DNA of 64,000 bases from Octopus bimaculoides (Eukaryota), in the NCBI RefSeq assembly GCF_001194135.2, contig NC_068986.1:41436425-41500424 (forward strand), written 5' to 3'. A program made the translations under genes and the position numbers. Below the pieces are notes generated by a model, which saw nothing but the letters and a program-made list of their open reading frames with translations, was not told the DNA's origin and did not search any database. Shown in pieces: positions 11,690 through 24,060 of the stretch (its first letter is position 1; each line of letters opens with the position of its first letter).

Positions 11690-12540
11690 CACTATAATCT
11701 AATGACGTGCAAATGTCTCTTTAGGATGATCTCATTTGTCATTTCCTCCATTGACAACTCTAGGGCGGTGGAAGAGTGGCGACATGTGCTGACCTCACCA
11801 GTTGGAAGTGCACAGTAAATTACAATTTTCATATATCATCTATACCTTGAATACATCCCCCAAAGAAATCATTAGATGAAAGGTTAAGCGCTTCCTAGCA
11901 GAAAAACAATACATGGGTATTTTAGTAGAAAGCTTCAGGATTACAGCAACAATGATAATCAAAGCAGTCTATTAGGGACTAACAAGATCACTAGCTTTCA
12001 CTTTGAAAGGTATGCGTTAACAATGCAGGAACACGAAATTCCAACCAAGTTCCTGATGCACAAAAAGGAATGTGATAACTGATGCAAACTCTGTGAAGTC
12101 AATGCCAAAAATATTACCCACATCATAAACAGTTGACCGAAAATGTCATCGCGTTATCTACCGATGAGACATGTTGTCAAGACACCGCACAGTGAGATCC
12201 GTCAGAAGGATAATCGTGAGGTCAAAGCAGTAGGAACCCACAGTGGTACAGACCATAACCATTCATAATATGAAAATGTATTGGTGGAATGTTCCTGCGA
12301 AAACCTCAATAAAATGCAAACAGAACAGACTAGACATAGTGATTTGGTATAAAGAAGAGAAACTATGTATACGCTGAACTATGGAGAAATTGACAACTAC
12401 TATACTCCGATTACAAGCTCAGATTTCTACCCACGATCATTGGGGTATGAGGATACATAAAAAACTACCTCAGTACCAATCTTAACAAGTTAGAGTTCTC
12501 AAAAGTAGAAAGCTAATTAGAAGATTACAGATACAATCCA
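11690..12540 (+). pseudogene. Non-LTR retrotransposon 3' fragment, RLE type (R4/Dong-like)
   Basis: Decayed CCHC knuckle CKLC..THIINS*PKMSSRYLPMRH followed by WWNVPAKT..NRLDIVIWYKEEKLC. Confidence 0.7.
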
Positions 12541-12639
12541 TTGTGAGTATTGTCATTGTGGTAGTCGTGGTAGGTGCTGATGAGTAAAAATATATTTCTT
12601 GGACTGTGTATAGAAGTAATTAGCAACACTCATGAACAA

Positions 12640-12900
12640 TTAACAGAAGCTTTATTTCTTGCACATAGTGTTTTTTGTGTTGGTCTTTTGACAAAAACTA
12701 AGAGCAACAATTACACGCAAAGAGACACATACTACTAGAATATACAACAGTTTAGCTGGTACAGTAATTGCGGCTAGCCCACTACAACTGGTAATCGCGC
12801 TATATTCATGGCCACAAAATCTGCACCTTCTCTCTGCCAATGGCTGGTGATGAAATGAGAATAGAAACGTCAAACGGAGGTCCTGACAGTCTGGGGTTAT
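12640..12900 (-). pseudogene. Second RLE-LINE CCHC fragment
   Basis: Segment RCRFCGHEYSAITSCSGLA resembles a CCHC knuckle. Confidence 0.4.
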
Positions 12901-13430
12901 CATTAAAAGCGACCTTTATATAGGGCTCAATGAGAAAGATTTAGAAAGTTGAACCACGCAATGGCTTGATACTGATTGGTCGGTTAATCGGCCGATCGTG
13001 TGAAACTTTTGTAGCTTGGTCGTGAAGCCAACCCAATGATTCCGTTTCGAATGCGCTTCACCATCACCGAAAGTTTAGCATTTAAGTAGATATGTACGTC
13101 AAGACAATGCAACTATGTGCATGAGAATACATACATAAAATAAAACATACAAATATGCACATGCATTGACTCCAAATAGTGCACCAATACTTGTAAATGT
13201 TGTTTAAAGTTCCAATGGAAGAGTCTTGGATCTAGGTTAGAAACAGACTGCCCATTGGTAAATAATCTAGAAATAAAACTAAATGACACACATGCACATG
13301 CGCGCGCGCGCGCACATACACAGACACGTACACACACACACACATACATACATACACACACACATGTACATACGAGTGAGTAGACAAACGAAAGAAGGGC
13401 ATTCAACACATTTATTGGGAGTTGCATCTA

Positions 13431-13579
13431 TGGATCAAAACAGTTTGATTCAAATTCCTTGGTACTTTAAGTTTCAAAGTGTGATGCTAATTCTCAGCCA
13501 AATTTTCAATGGCTGAGGATTAGCATCACGGTTTGAAACGTAATGTACCAAGGAATTTGAATCAAACTGTTTTGATCCA
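13431..13579. mobile_element. Hairpin MITE
   Basis: About 69-bp near-perfect inverted arms (TGGATCAAAACAGTTTGATTCAAATTCC...) around a 9-nt loop. Confidence 0.85.
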
Positions 13580-13590
13580 CATACACACAC

Positions 13591-13624
<34 letters not shown>

Positions 13625-13698
13625 ATGTATGTATGTATGTATGTATGTATGTATGTATGCATGTATGTATGTATGTATGTATGTATGTATGCATATGT

Positions 13699-13753
<55 letters not shown>

Positions 13754-13765
13754 GTATGTATGCAT
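13580..13765. repeat. (CA)/(TA)/(TATG)n/(TG)n microsatellite cluster
   Basis: Directly visible. Confidence 0.95.
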
Positions 13766-13779
13766 GTTCTCTTTCTCTT

Positions 13780-14235
13780 TTCAGTTCCAGAGTAAATTTT
13801 GATCGGCCACCGATTTGGATGCAAGGTTGTGAAGGAAAGTATCTTTTCTTAATCACCATTCTTTAATTCTTCAGAGGATCTTGCAGGTTTAATAGTCCCA
13901 GATATCGTGATCGTTTGTAGCATATGAATTAAGGAATTGCGTTCTCTCCCTAAGATCTCAAGTTTAGCCATAATTTGCTCCAGACAGGTTGGTATGTATC
14001 CTGTTGCTCAAATAGCAATGGGTATGAAGCCGAAAGTATACCTTGGGTACCGGATTTGGAAACTACTTATCAATGGGCCATAGACGTCCTCTTTCTTTTG
14101 TATTTTTTAAATCCTATTCATGTCCAGAGGGAAACTAATTTCCACAACGGAACATATCTTTTCTTTGCGCCCCCACACAACGATATCTGGCCGGTTGTGT
14201 TTTAACTTGGCAACTGTTTGAATTTTTAAGTTCCA
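13780..14235 (-). pseudogene. RLE-type LINE endonuclease fragment
   Basis: KHNRPDIVVWGRKEKICSVVEISFPLD matches the PD..D..E restriction-like endonuclease motif. Confidence 0.75.
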
Positions 14236-14287
14236 GCAATATTTTTTTGACATGTGTGTGTATGTATGTATGTATGTATGTATGTGT

Positions 14288-14653
14288 GGAGGCGCAATGG
14301 CCCAGTGGTTAGGGCAACGGACTCGCGGTTTCGCTTCCCAGACCGGGCGTTGTGAGTGTTTATTGAGCGAAAACACCTAAAGCACCACGTGGCTCCGGCA
14401 GGGGATGGTGGTGAACCCTGCTATACTCTTTCACCACAACTTTCTCTTACTCTTACTTCCTGTTTCTGTTGTGCCTGTAATTCAAAGGGTCAGCCTTGTC
14501 ACACTGTGTCACGCTGAATATCCCCGAGAACTACGTTAAGGGTACACGTGTCTGTGGAGTGCTCAGCCACTTGCACGTTAATTTCACGAGCAGGCTGTTC
14601 CGTTGATCGGATCAACTGGAACCCACGACGTCGTAAGCGACGGAGTGCCAACA
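14288..14653 (+). mobile_element. tRNA-derived SINE (family B)
   Basis: Head GGAGGCGCAATGGCCCAGTGGTTAGGGC. Inverted copy at 19968-20308 and variant at 42437-42720. Confidence 0.85.
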
Positions 14654-15469
14654 GTGTATGTATGTATGTATGTATTCAGCTCTCTCGAGCAACAGAGGTG
14701 AATGTACTACATGCCTAGAAATGAAACTTCTCAACAGCACAATGGTTTTTAGACGTTAATAATTTCCAGTCAAAAATGAAAAAAAAAAACATATCCATAA
14801 ACTTGTCAATTAAAGATATTCAACACCATAACAAAGGTGTATGAAATCATGAATAAAAGAAATACCTGTGTAACTTGTATAAAAAAAACTATCGGACGCC
14901 CTATGTAGAAAGAAAGCCGAAAGTGAATATATTTGCATAAAAAATGCAAACAGATTGGGTCAAGTATGTAGAACGAAGGTTAGATTGATGGAAATGCGAC
15001 TGAGCAGTGGAGATAATAAAGACATTTAACAAGAATAACAGGTCTAATTACTCTATTATTTTTTTTTTTTCGTTGACATATTTTAAGTTACAGAACTTCT
15101 TTATCAGTCCACAGTCATGTTTGCAGCACATATTCAGTTTTTGTGTGAAGCTCTGTTTGAACTACCCACTTCTATACAAAGCTGATAACTATTATAGACG
15201 CACCTACGTTGATTGCTAAACTTATGATTACTTTTATTATACATTTTAAGTGGAGTGTTTCTTCGCCATAGAGCTTTGCTGTTGTTGGTAAGAGCTATTT
15301 TCTTTTCTATCAAATATTTTTTTTTCTCCTGTTATTTATTGAAATGCTATAATTATGTATTTATATATCGTTTTGGACATTGAATTTTTCCAGATCACTT
15401 TTTTCATTATCACTGTTATTGTCACAGAAAACAATACGCACAATAATCTAGCAGAATCATTAGGTCGTC

Positions 15470-15900
15470 AATATAGTGCTTAATGGTATTTCTGGCAGCT
15501 CTTTGCATTTTGACTTCCAGTTCCGCCGTGCTAACTTTGCATTTCATCTTTTCGGGGCTCATAAATTAAGTACCAGTGAAACACTAGAGTCGATATAATT
15601 GACTAGTCCCCTCCCACAAAAATTCAGGCCTTGGGCCTATAATAGAAAGGATTCGGCGAGCTGGCAGAATGGTTAGCACGCAGAGCGAATGCTTAGCGGT
15701 ATTTCGTCTGCCGCTACGTTCTGAGTTCAAATTCCGCCGAGGTCGACTTTGCTTTTCATCCTTTCGGGGTCGATTAAATAAGTACCAGTTACGCACTGGG
15801 GTCGATGTAACCGATTGAATCCCTTTGTTCTTGTTTGTCCACTCTATGTTTAGTCCTTTGTGGGCAATAAAGAAATTTTTTTAAAATTATAATAATAATA

Positions 15901-15933
<33 letters not shown>

Positions 15934-16150
15934 TAGGCGGCGAGCTGGCAGAATCGTTTAGAGCGCTGGACGAAATGCTTAGCGGTATTTCACCCGTCGC
16001 TACGTTCGTTCAAATTCCGCGGAGGTTGACTTTACCTTTCATCCTTTCGGGGTCGATAAATTGAATACCAGCTACGTACTGGAGTCAATGTATTTGACTA
16101 GTCCCCAACCCCAAAATTTCAGACTTTGTGCCTACAGTAGAAAGGATTAT
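15470..16150 (+). mobile_element. Cluster of tRNA-derived SINEs (family C) separated by (ATT)n
   Basis: GGCGAGCTGGCAGAAT..GTTCAAATTCCGCC heads at about 15655 and 15935, plus a partial copy upstream. Confidence 0.8.
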
Positions 16151-16174
16151 AATAATAATAATTATTATTATTGA

Positions 16175-16710
16175 GTGAGAGAGCAGTGCATGCCATCAAA
16201 GTGACACTGGGGTAAAATATACGAAGCCCATTATACCCATCATAACTACCCGTCTGATAAAGGTACACCAGGCACATGCATCGCAACCATATGTGCGCGA
16301 CATGATGATCTCATCACGATAAACAGCGCATGACCTCACAGGTGGGGCCCAGTTAGAATTTTCTTCGGGTCGAGTAGCCCATCCCGCTCAAAAGGTCCCT
16401 GAATAAGGTTTGTTTAAAGATGTTGAGCCATGTTTCCAAAGGTGAATTATTCAAACCCTAAAGAATTCCTCTCAACACTTGGCTATGATGCTCCCCAACT
16501 ACTTCTGCTCATGATCAGAGATGCACATATCGTCAGTCACTAAGGGACATGCTCAGCTGATTAAGGTCAAACAACTGACAAGCAAATCTGTGGTATTGAG
16601 CAAAATATTTTCTGTAGCCCATCTTTTATACCAAGACAAAACAATGTACATGATAACACTTCCAATCAATTAAGATCAGAAGCCATGAGAGCCACTGCCT
16701 GGTACTGCAT
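16175..16710. repeat. Unclassified interspersed element flanked by (ATT)n
   Basis: A GC-richer block of about 540 bp embedded in an ATT microsatellite, with no ORF. Only one copy in the window. Confidence 0.35.
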
Positions 16711-18273
16711 CAGGGTATTATTATTATTATTATCGTCGAACAAAATGTCTGGAAATATTTGTTCAAGTTCGTTCAGTTCTGAGTTCAGATCCCGACAAGG
16801 TCACCTTTGCCTTTTGTTCTCCATGGATAATAAAACAAAACACCGGTCGAGTACTGGAGGGCAATATAATCGACCAAACCACTAAATTTTAGTTTTTCAA
16901 ACGGAATTGTAAATCGCTGAATGTAAATGTTTAAAAATACAAAACCAAAGAAGTTAAAATGTTGAAGCCATAGCTTTTGGAAAGAGCACCAGACACTAAA
17001 ACAATTTATTAGCCATAACTACACAAGTGTGCTCCATCACGACTTTGTTTCTTCACAACTTTAAGGTAGAAACATTGTATGTTGAATGAAATTCCCTACA
17101 AATACCTTTCAGATGGTTTAGATTGCCGTTATATCGGAATTTAATGCGAAAAACAAAAAATTAAAAAAATATTGGTGGGCGCGCACACACATACGCTAAC
17201 GCAGATCACATATATATCTACAAAATGATACTCAACATTTTGAAAAATACTACGTGATGTGTGTCAAGTAATGTACGTGTTTTTTTTCTTTTTTTTTTTT
17301 TCCTCCATTATTTTTCACATTAAATTCCTCTCTAATTGTAATCAACACTATCTGAAAGGTATTTGTAGAAAATTTCATCTGAAAATACTCATTTTTCTGA
17401 AAATTAGGAGGAAACAAATTTGGGTGGGAGCACTCTTGTGTAAATATACTTGATACTGTATATGCAACGTAATTTATTTTAATTCGGATCTACTCGTAAA
17501 CAATCAAAGCTTATACGTATCATTTTACAATGTTTAAACAAATCAGTCAACCTTTCGTCATGTTAGTTCTCTTCCTCTAGAAATACTATCCCTCGTGCCT
17601 ACACAAATATATTCGTCAATTGGTTAAAATAATCTTTGAAGACATATTGTTAACATTCGTTGTTTCTATTAAGTATGGGTGTATTCGCAATTCTCACTAC
17701 ACACCTGTATTTTGTTAGGAGGAAGAATATATTCTGGGATTCAAAACCAAATCGCAATAACTAATAGTATATCACTCATTTTTATTTTTTTCTGCGTCAG
17801 AGGTTTTCAACGTGGACGGTAATCCCCCACCGCACAAGGGGATGCTGGGCATGTCGAAGTGGGTGACTAAAAGTTCAAGGTGATGCCCCAGCATGGCCGC
17901 AGTCTAATGACTGAAAGAGATAAAAGAAAAAAAATAGATAACAGTAATTATATTATACATGATAAAACTAGTAATGGCTATTAAAATAAAATGAGAGATA
18001 AGTAGTATGCTTCTATTTCTAGCAGGTCGAGCTTCGAGCAACTGTGTGGAATCTACAGTTGTTTTACTTGATACGGAAAATTTAGCTAGATCTCATTAGG
18101 CACAGGAGAGTTATTAACCTGCGATGTATAAAGTAAATTTACAATTTTTGTCTTTATCACGTCCATATTTGTAGAAAAGTTAATAATCAACAAGACAGAG
18201 CCATTTAAAGTTATATAACTTTAACCAATGAAATTAGTCCAATGTCCAAACAAGCGGCGATCGAAACTGCATA

Positions 18274-18287
18274 GTGCCCATGGCAAC
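18274..18287. promoter_or_regulatory. RFX X-box-like motif GTGCCCATGGCAAC
   Basis: Close to the GTTGCCATGGCAAC consensus, in a locally CpG-containing, repeat-free stretch. Confidence 0.35.
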
Positions 18288-18593
18288 AAACAGACTGTCT
18301 CAGAAGAAAAGAAACCATGAAAATGGAATAGGTTTAGAAAAAAGAAATTAAAGAAAGCCAAAAAACAAAAAATGAGACTTTTTAAAAATAGAAAATAAAA
18401 AGAAATTTAAGATGGTGCAAATCACTGTATCAGCAATAAATGGGTGGGGTGGGGGGATGACGAGCGTGCTGTCATACATACTGGCACAACATAATCTTTT
18501 TAAAAAAATTCAGGTTTCATTTTGTTGATATGAATGTAATGTGTGTCAGTATGTATGTGTAGATATATATTACATATAAATCTTCATAATAAG

Positions 18594-19060
18594 CATAGGC
18601 GTGGCTGTATGGTAAGAAAGTTGCTCTGTCACGAGACAGATTCATAACAAGATGGAAGCCCGTGGCTAGGAAGCTGGGAGTGTTTGGCACCAGGTAAGTG
18701 GGAGCCAAAAACAAGGGAAAGAAAAAGCAAGGGGTCTACCCTGGTGGTCGGATGCCTATCCTTCAGGAAAGCCATTACAGATTGCGTCTGTAATAAGCAA
18801 TACTTCAATCGAACATTGTAAATAATTTTTATTGTGTATTTAAATTTGTAAATATTTAATCGATACAGCTACTTCACCCCTTTTATGTTTGTCTGTCCTT
18901 GTTCGTCCCCTCTTTGTAATGCCTTTATGGAAAATATTTATGAAATAAAGAAGGTTGCTCTCAACCTCATGGTTCAGGGTTCAGACTCATTTGGGCGGGT
19001 ACCTTCTACTCTAGCTTCGGGCCTTGTGAGTGGATTTTGGTAGGCAGAAACTGAATGAAT
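18594..19060 (+). mobile_element. Family A SINE interrupted by a ~330-bp LINE-like 3' tail
   Basis: The SINE head stops at AGAAAGTTGCTC and resumes after AGAAGGTTGCTC (imperfect 12-bp duplication). The insert ends in AAATAAAG. Confidence 0.55.
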
Positions 19061-19337
19061 TTTGCCCCCAACCCTCTGTATTTTAAAGTGTATAAGAAAC
19101 CCTCTTATATAAAGAAACTTTTGGGGCTTAAAATTTGGAAAAAAGGTTTTGCAAGTCATTTTAATACTGTCCGTGTATAAGAAACTCCAATATTTTTTAA
19201 ACCTACTTTTTGACAAAAAAGATAGTTTATACATGTTAAAATATGGTATTGGGCAATGGGTGGGGAAAAATGAGTAACTTCTGATTTTTCATTATTTATT
19301 CCTTACCTGTCTGAAATATTTACATTGCAAGTATTAC

Positions 19338-19631
19338 ATCATCATTTTGTACTGTTGCATTGTTTTGGGGAGTAAAAATTAATTCAGCACTGTTGTTGTT
19401 GTTGTTGTTGTTAAAGTTGAGAGAGTCCGAATCATAGTCAGGTGGCAGGTTCAGCATAACTGCCGTCCAATGATTGTAAAAAGATAAAGAATGGAATTTT
19501 TTTTGTGAAACGAAGCCTGTTGAGGTGTTCCTTTGTATAGGTAGACGGAATAATAAAGTACTTGATATTATGTAATACCCAATAAAAGAACTAATGATTA
19601 TGATTGGAATGTCTTTGATCATCGGACTAAC
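19338..19631 (-). CDS. Candidate coding exon, product unknown
   Basis: Acceptor (T)n-GCCAG, donor GTAATA, 294 bp (98 codons, phase 0-0), open frame with a hydrophobic stretch and poly-Asn. A stronger donor GTAAGG at 19306 lies beyond the stop. Confidence 0.35.
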
Positions 19632-19724
19632 CTGGCAAAAAAAAAAATGAAAACAACAACAAATTAAAAAGATAGAGACATGGGATCTTTTCTTTTTGGC
19701 TTTCACTTTTCAATTCTTCCAATT

Positions 19725-19910
19725 TTGCTCCAACTGATTTCAAATTTGATGTATTGATGTAGTTTTGTATGTTAATTATGGAAATGGAATTCATTTTTGC
19801 CTTAAAGTAATAAATAAAACGTTAATAGCTTTTAAAGTTTGCAAATTTTGGGTGGTTTTAGCCAATCGAAAGCCACAGACATATCGGTGCCTGTTTCCAT
19901 AGTAACAAGC
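19725..19910. promoter_or_regulatory. CCAAT box + RFX X-box module, copy 2
   Basis: CCAAT at 19862 and GTTTCCATAGTAAC at 19893-19906. Homologous to 4690-4890. Confidence 0.45.
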
Positions 19911-19967
19911 CAAGCTTTTGTGTAGTCTGCTTACTCATCTGTTGCCAACTCATATAACCTTTTGTTG

Positions 19968-20308
19968 TTGTTGGCACTCCGTCGCTTACGATGTTCCAGT
20001 TGATCCGATCAACGGAACAGCCTGCTCATGAAATTAACTTGCAAGTGGCTGAGCACTCCACAGACACGTGTACCCTTAACGTAGTTCTCAGGGATATTCA
20101 GCTACAGGCACAACAGAAACAGGAAGTAAGAGTAAGAGAAAGTTGTGGTGGAAGAGTACAGCAGGGTTTGCCACCATCCCCTGCCGGAGCCTCGTGGAGC
20201 TTTAGGTGTTTTTGCTCAATAAACACTCACAACGCCTGGTCTGGGAATCGAAACCGCAATCCTATGACCGCAAGTCAACTGCCCTAACCACTGGGCCATT
20301 GCGCCTCC
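19968..20308 (-). mobile_element. tRNA-derived SINE (family B)
   Basis: Reverse complement of 14288-14653. Confidence 0.85.
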
Positions 20309-21089
20309 TAGTAACCTTTTGTATATGATGGAGAAATTGAAAACCGAGGAGGATGTGGTTGATTAGGCAGATCTATGATCAAAAGGAACATTCTAATGCT
20401 GAATGGTCCACGGTTCTAGAATTATCTAGGACTGTCATAATCTAGTATGTCCTTCCGCATTTTATGAAAAAGGACAGCACATGTCTCAGATCGTCAAAGA
20501 TCTGAGACATGTGATAGTTTGTGCTGGTAAAAATCATAGGGAAAAGTAGGTTCAGGTGATGTGAGAAGTTGGGTGTGGCCTTCATTGGTGAGAAAACAAG
20601 ACGGAGCATTTCTTATCTTGTATCTTTTAACTGTTTCAGTCATGATGGCGCTGCTTTCAAGCGATTTAGTCAAACAAATCAACACTAGTGCTTGTTTGTT
20701 TTTAAGCCTGGTAGCTCTGCAGATGAACTGCTAAGTTATGGGACGTAAGCAAACCAAACACGGGATGGTGGGAGGGCACAGATACACACACACACACACA
20801 CACACATATATGACGGGCTTCCACAGAGTTTCTGTCTGCCAACTTCACTCACAAGTCATTGGTTGGTCTGGGACTATAGTAGAAAGCAGTGACATTAGGT
20901 ACCACATTGAAACCAATGGTTGTGAAGCAAACTTCATAACCACACAGATATGCCTTTTGTGATTTTTCTTAAACGATGTTGCTATCAGACGAGAGATTTC
21001 CAGGAAAGTATATATATGATTGGTACTTTGTATTCATTTGTCACTCATTTTATTGCTCAAGGAGAAAAAAAAAAAGATAAACTTAATGA

Positions 21090-23400
21090 AAATGGAATTT
21101 CATTAATATTAGTCCAAATGACTGAACTGCGTGTTACAGAAGAACTTTTGAAAAATATTTTTTCAAAAAGAAAAGACTTTGAAGGAAAATAATTAATTAT
21201 AAATGATGGACTGCTTCTTGTGCGGGTGGCACATGAGATGCACCATTTTGAGCGTGGCCGTTGCCAGTACCGCCTGACTGGCTCCCGTAGGATTTTCGAG
21301 CGAGATCGTTGCCAGTGCCCCTGGACTGGCTTGTGCGGGTGGCACATAAAAGACACCATTTCGAGCGTGGCCGTTTTCGTGCGGGTGACACGTAAAAGCA
21401 CCCACTACACTCTCTGAGTGGTTGGCGTTAGGAAGGGCATCCAGCTGTAGAAACTCTGCCAAATTAGACTGGAGCCTGGTGTTGCCATCCGGTTTCACCA
21501 GTCCTCAGTCAAATCGTCCAACCCATGCTAGCATGGAAAGCGGACGTTAAACGATGATGATGATGATGATGATGATGGCAGACCAATTCCGAAATAACAT
21601 AACTCATGATATTACAACAAGAAATGTGTCAGACAACTTTACATTAATCTATACAAAAGAAAATCAATGGTTAGCTAGAAGTGCTAAGCTAAGTAAGTTG
21701 ACCATACTTATTTAGTTTAGAAAAAAACAGTTTTGAGTGATAAAAGTCGCAACAATTCAAACAATCTACTTTTGGTCATGCTAAAACATAAATGTTCTCC
21801 AAGACATAAAGTTTTTGATAGCTCTTAAAACACTTGAGTATGTTTGCATTGACTTACAATTAGATAAGTATAAAAAAATAGGGCATGTAATAGCTTAATG
21901 AAGAAGTTAGACGAAACATACATTCTGTGGCAATTGACTGATATAATTATTTTTCAAGATCGCCAAGAATCATCATTTCGGAGTCATTTTGAATCCAAAG
22001 CATCCAATAATCACAGTAATTACAAAAAACTCTTGTATCTAATCAGTATGATGAAAACTTAGCAAGCCTTCTCGATGCAGCTTTTGATTTCTCTGATCTC
22101 TCAAATGGAATTCATAATGACTTCAACAATGCAGTTCAAAAGGTTGAATAAAGTAGAAAGCATGCTAAATTTGTAGGCACTCTTGTAGATGAAACATCTG
22201 ATGTATTGAACTATTCCCAACTGTGACCTGTTTTGCATCATGTTGTCACAGATTGTGTTACTAAAGAATGATATACAAGTTTTAATGATGTTGGTGCAGA
22301 TCGTTCAGCAAATGCTTTATCTGAACATGTTTTTAAATGCATTGAAACGTGGAAGTGTGAAAACAAATTAATTGCCTAAACTTATGGTACCACTACAATG
22401 GCTGGAAATTAAATGGGTTGCAGTCAAACTTAAGAGGGAAATATGAATATACTATCTTTGTTCATTGTTATGTCATGTCCTAAATCTAGTTCTTTCACAA
22501 GCTTGCTCTGCTATGAAAGAATTGAAGATATTTTTTACCTACAATAAATGGGCTGGGTATATTTTTTTACAAAATTACCTAAAAGGGCTAATGCATTAAG
22601 TAGCATTGTTAAAAAATATTTCCCAAAGTAGCAGCAACTAGATGGGACTACTCCTCATGTCTTGTTATTACTACAAAAGAAAATTGTGATTTTATAATCA
22701 GCCTTTTTGAACACATAATTGAAAATCCTGAATCTGCAATTAGATTCTTACATAAATTAAAAGCTCCCATTTTCTTTTTTATTTTTATTTGAAGTTTTTA
22801 ATGATACATTTTCTTCCTCTGACATCTTATTTAACATCCTTCAGACTAAAAGTCATGACATAATGTATTGGAAAAAGCGAATAAATAAACTAGAAAATAA
22901 CACGTTAGAAACATGCTACAAAATAAACACAATGATTTTTCACCTTTTTTGATTTGTGAAATGTAAAGGGAAAATGTAGAATTGATGCAATAATCCTAGG
23001 AAACCCAGGAATAAATATATCAATCCCCAACAACATCATAGAATACTCTATAACAAAATTATTGGAACAATAGTCGACTAATAAAAAACACGATATTCAT
23101 CCTTGGAAGATCTTATACTCATGGAACTTTTCAATTTTAGTTAAGCTGAAGAATATTGCAAAAACAATTATTTTCTTTTCTTTTTTTTTTATATAATTCG
23201 ATCATAAAAGGAAGTAAATGTTATGTATTTTATGGAAGATTTTAAAAAGCTAAATGTGAGTAATTTAATGCAATACATTTATATCAAGCCAGAACTCTTT
23301 AGATCTTCAACAATTCCATCTACAGCTGCCTCTATACAATGATCCTTTTCAAGTATAAGAAGTTGTCGATATTATAACGATGAAAATAAAGGGCCATTTC
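21090..23400 (+). pseudogene. Decayed hAT transposase (ZMYM1-like class), split by a SINE
   Basis: N-terminal EELLKNIFSKRKDFEGK resumes after the SINE as GRPIPK, followed by LVDETSDV, DRSANAL, FVHCY..LNLVLSQ and IPSTAAS motifs. Many stops and frameshifts. Confidence 0.75.
21205..21577 (+). mobile_element. SINE/LINE-tail element (family D) ending in (GAT)n
   Basis: TTGGCGTTAGGAAGGGCATCCAGC..CATGCTAGCATGGAAAGCGGACGTTAAACGATGATG. Near-identical copy at 23630-23944. Confidence 0.85.
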
Positions 23401-23629
23401 AACCAATTAATAACAATCAATTGTTATAGGTACTTAAATAATTATTGTATGATTTGAAAAAAATTTTTTAAACATATTAAAACATAGTATTTATTGCATG
23501 ACAAACATCACAAATTGCTGCAAGCCACTGTTACATACACATTCACACACTTATACACATGTATATACATACATACATACATACATACATACATACGCAT
23601 ATAAATACATACATACGTATATAAATACA

Positions 23630-23944
23630 TTGGCCGTTGCCAGTACCGCCTGACTGGCTCCCGTAGGATTTTCGAGTGAGATCGTTGCCAGTGCCCCTGG
23701 ACTGGCTTGTGCGGGTGGCACATAAAAGACACCATTTCGAGCGTGGCCGTTTTCGTGCGGGTGACACGTAAAAGCACCCACTACACTCTCTGAGTGGTTG
23801 GCGTTAGGAAGGGCATCCACCTGTAGAAACTCTGCCAAATTAGATTGGAACCTGGTGTTGCCATCCGGTTTCACCAGTCCTCAGTCAAATCGTCCAACCC
23901 ATGCTAGCATGGAAAGCGGACGTTAAACGATGATGATGATGATG
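23630..23944 (+). mobile_element. Family D element, near-identical to 21257-21577
   Basis: Direct alignment by eye shows only a few substitutions. Confidence 0.85.
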
Positions 23945-23945
23945 A

Positions 23946-24060
23946 TACGAGGGGTGCTGAAAAGTTCCTGGCTTAAAGGGTATTGTGAAAGGCCTGGTTG
24001 GAGATCTAAACTTCCGAGTTCTTTTACAGGGCTTAGAAAAACCATAGAAAGATTTCACAT
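23946..24060 (+). mobile_element. Truncated mariner-type MITE
   Basis: TACGAGGGGTGCTGAAAAGTTCC terminus. Related to 51536-51745. Confidence 0.65.

Noticed and set aside
12940-13100. CpG-rich patch with ATTGG, promoter-like
   Set aside because: It is adjacent to LINE remnants and may be their UTR; there is no independent evidence.
14288-14360. tRNA-like sequences at SINE heads
   Set aside because: They lack a complete cloverleaf and run into SINE bodies, so they are not called tRNA genes.
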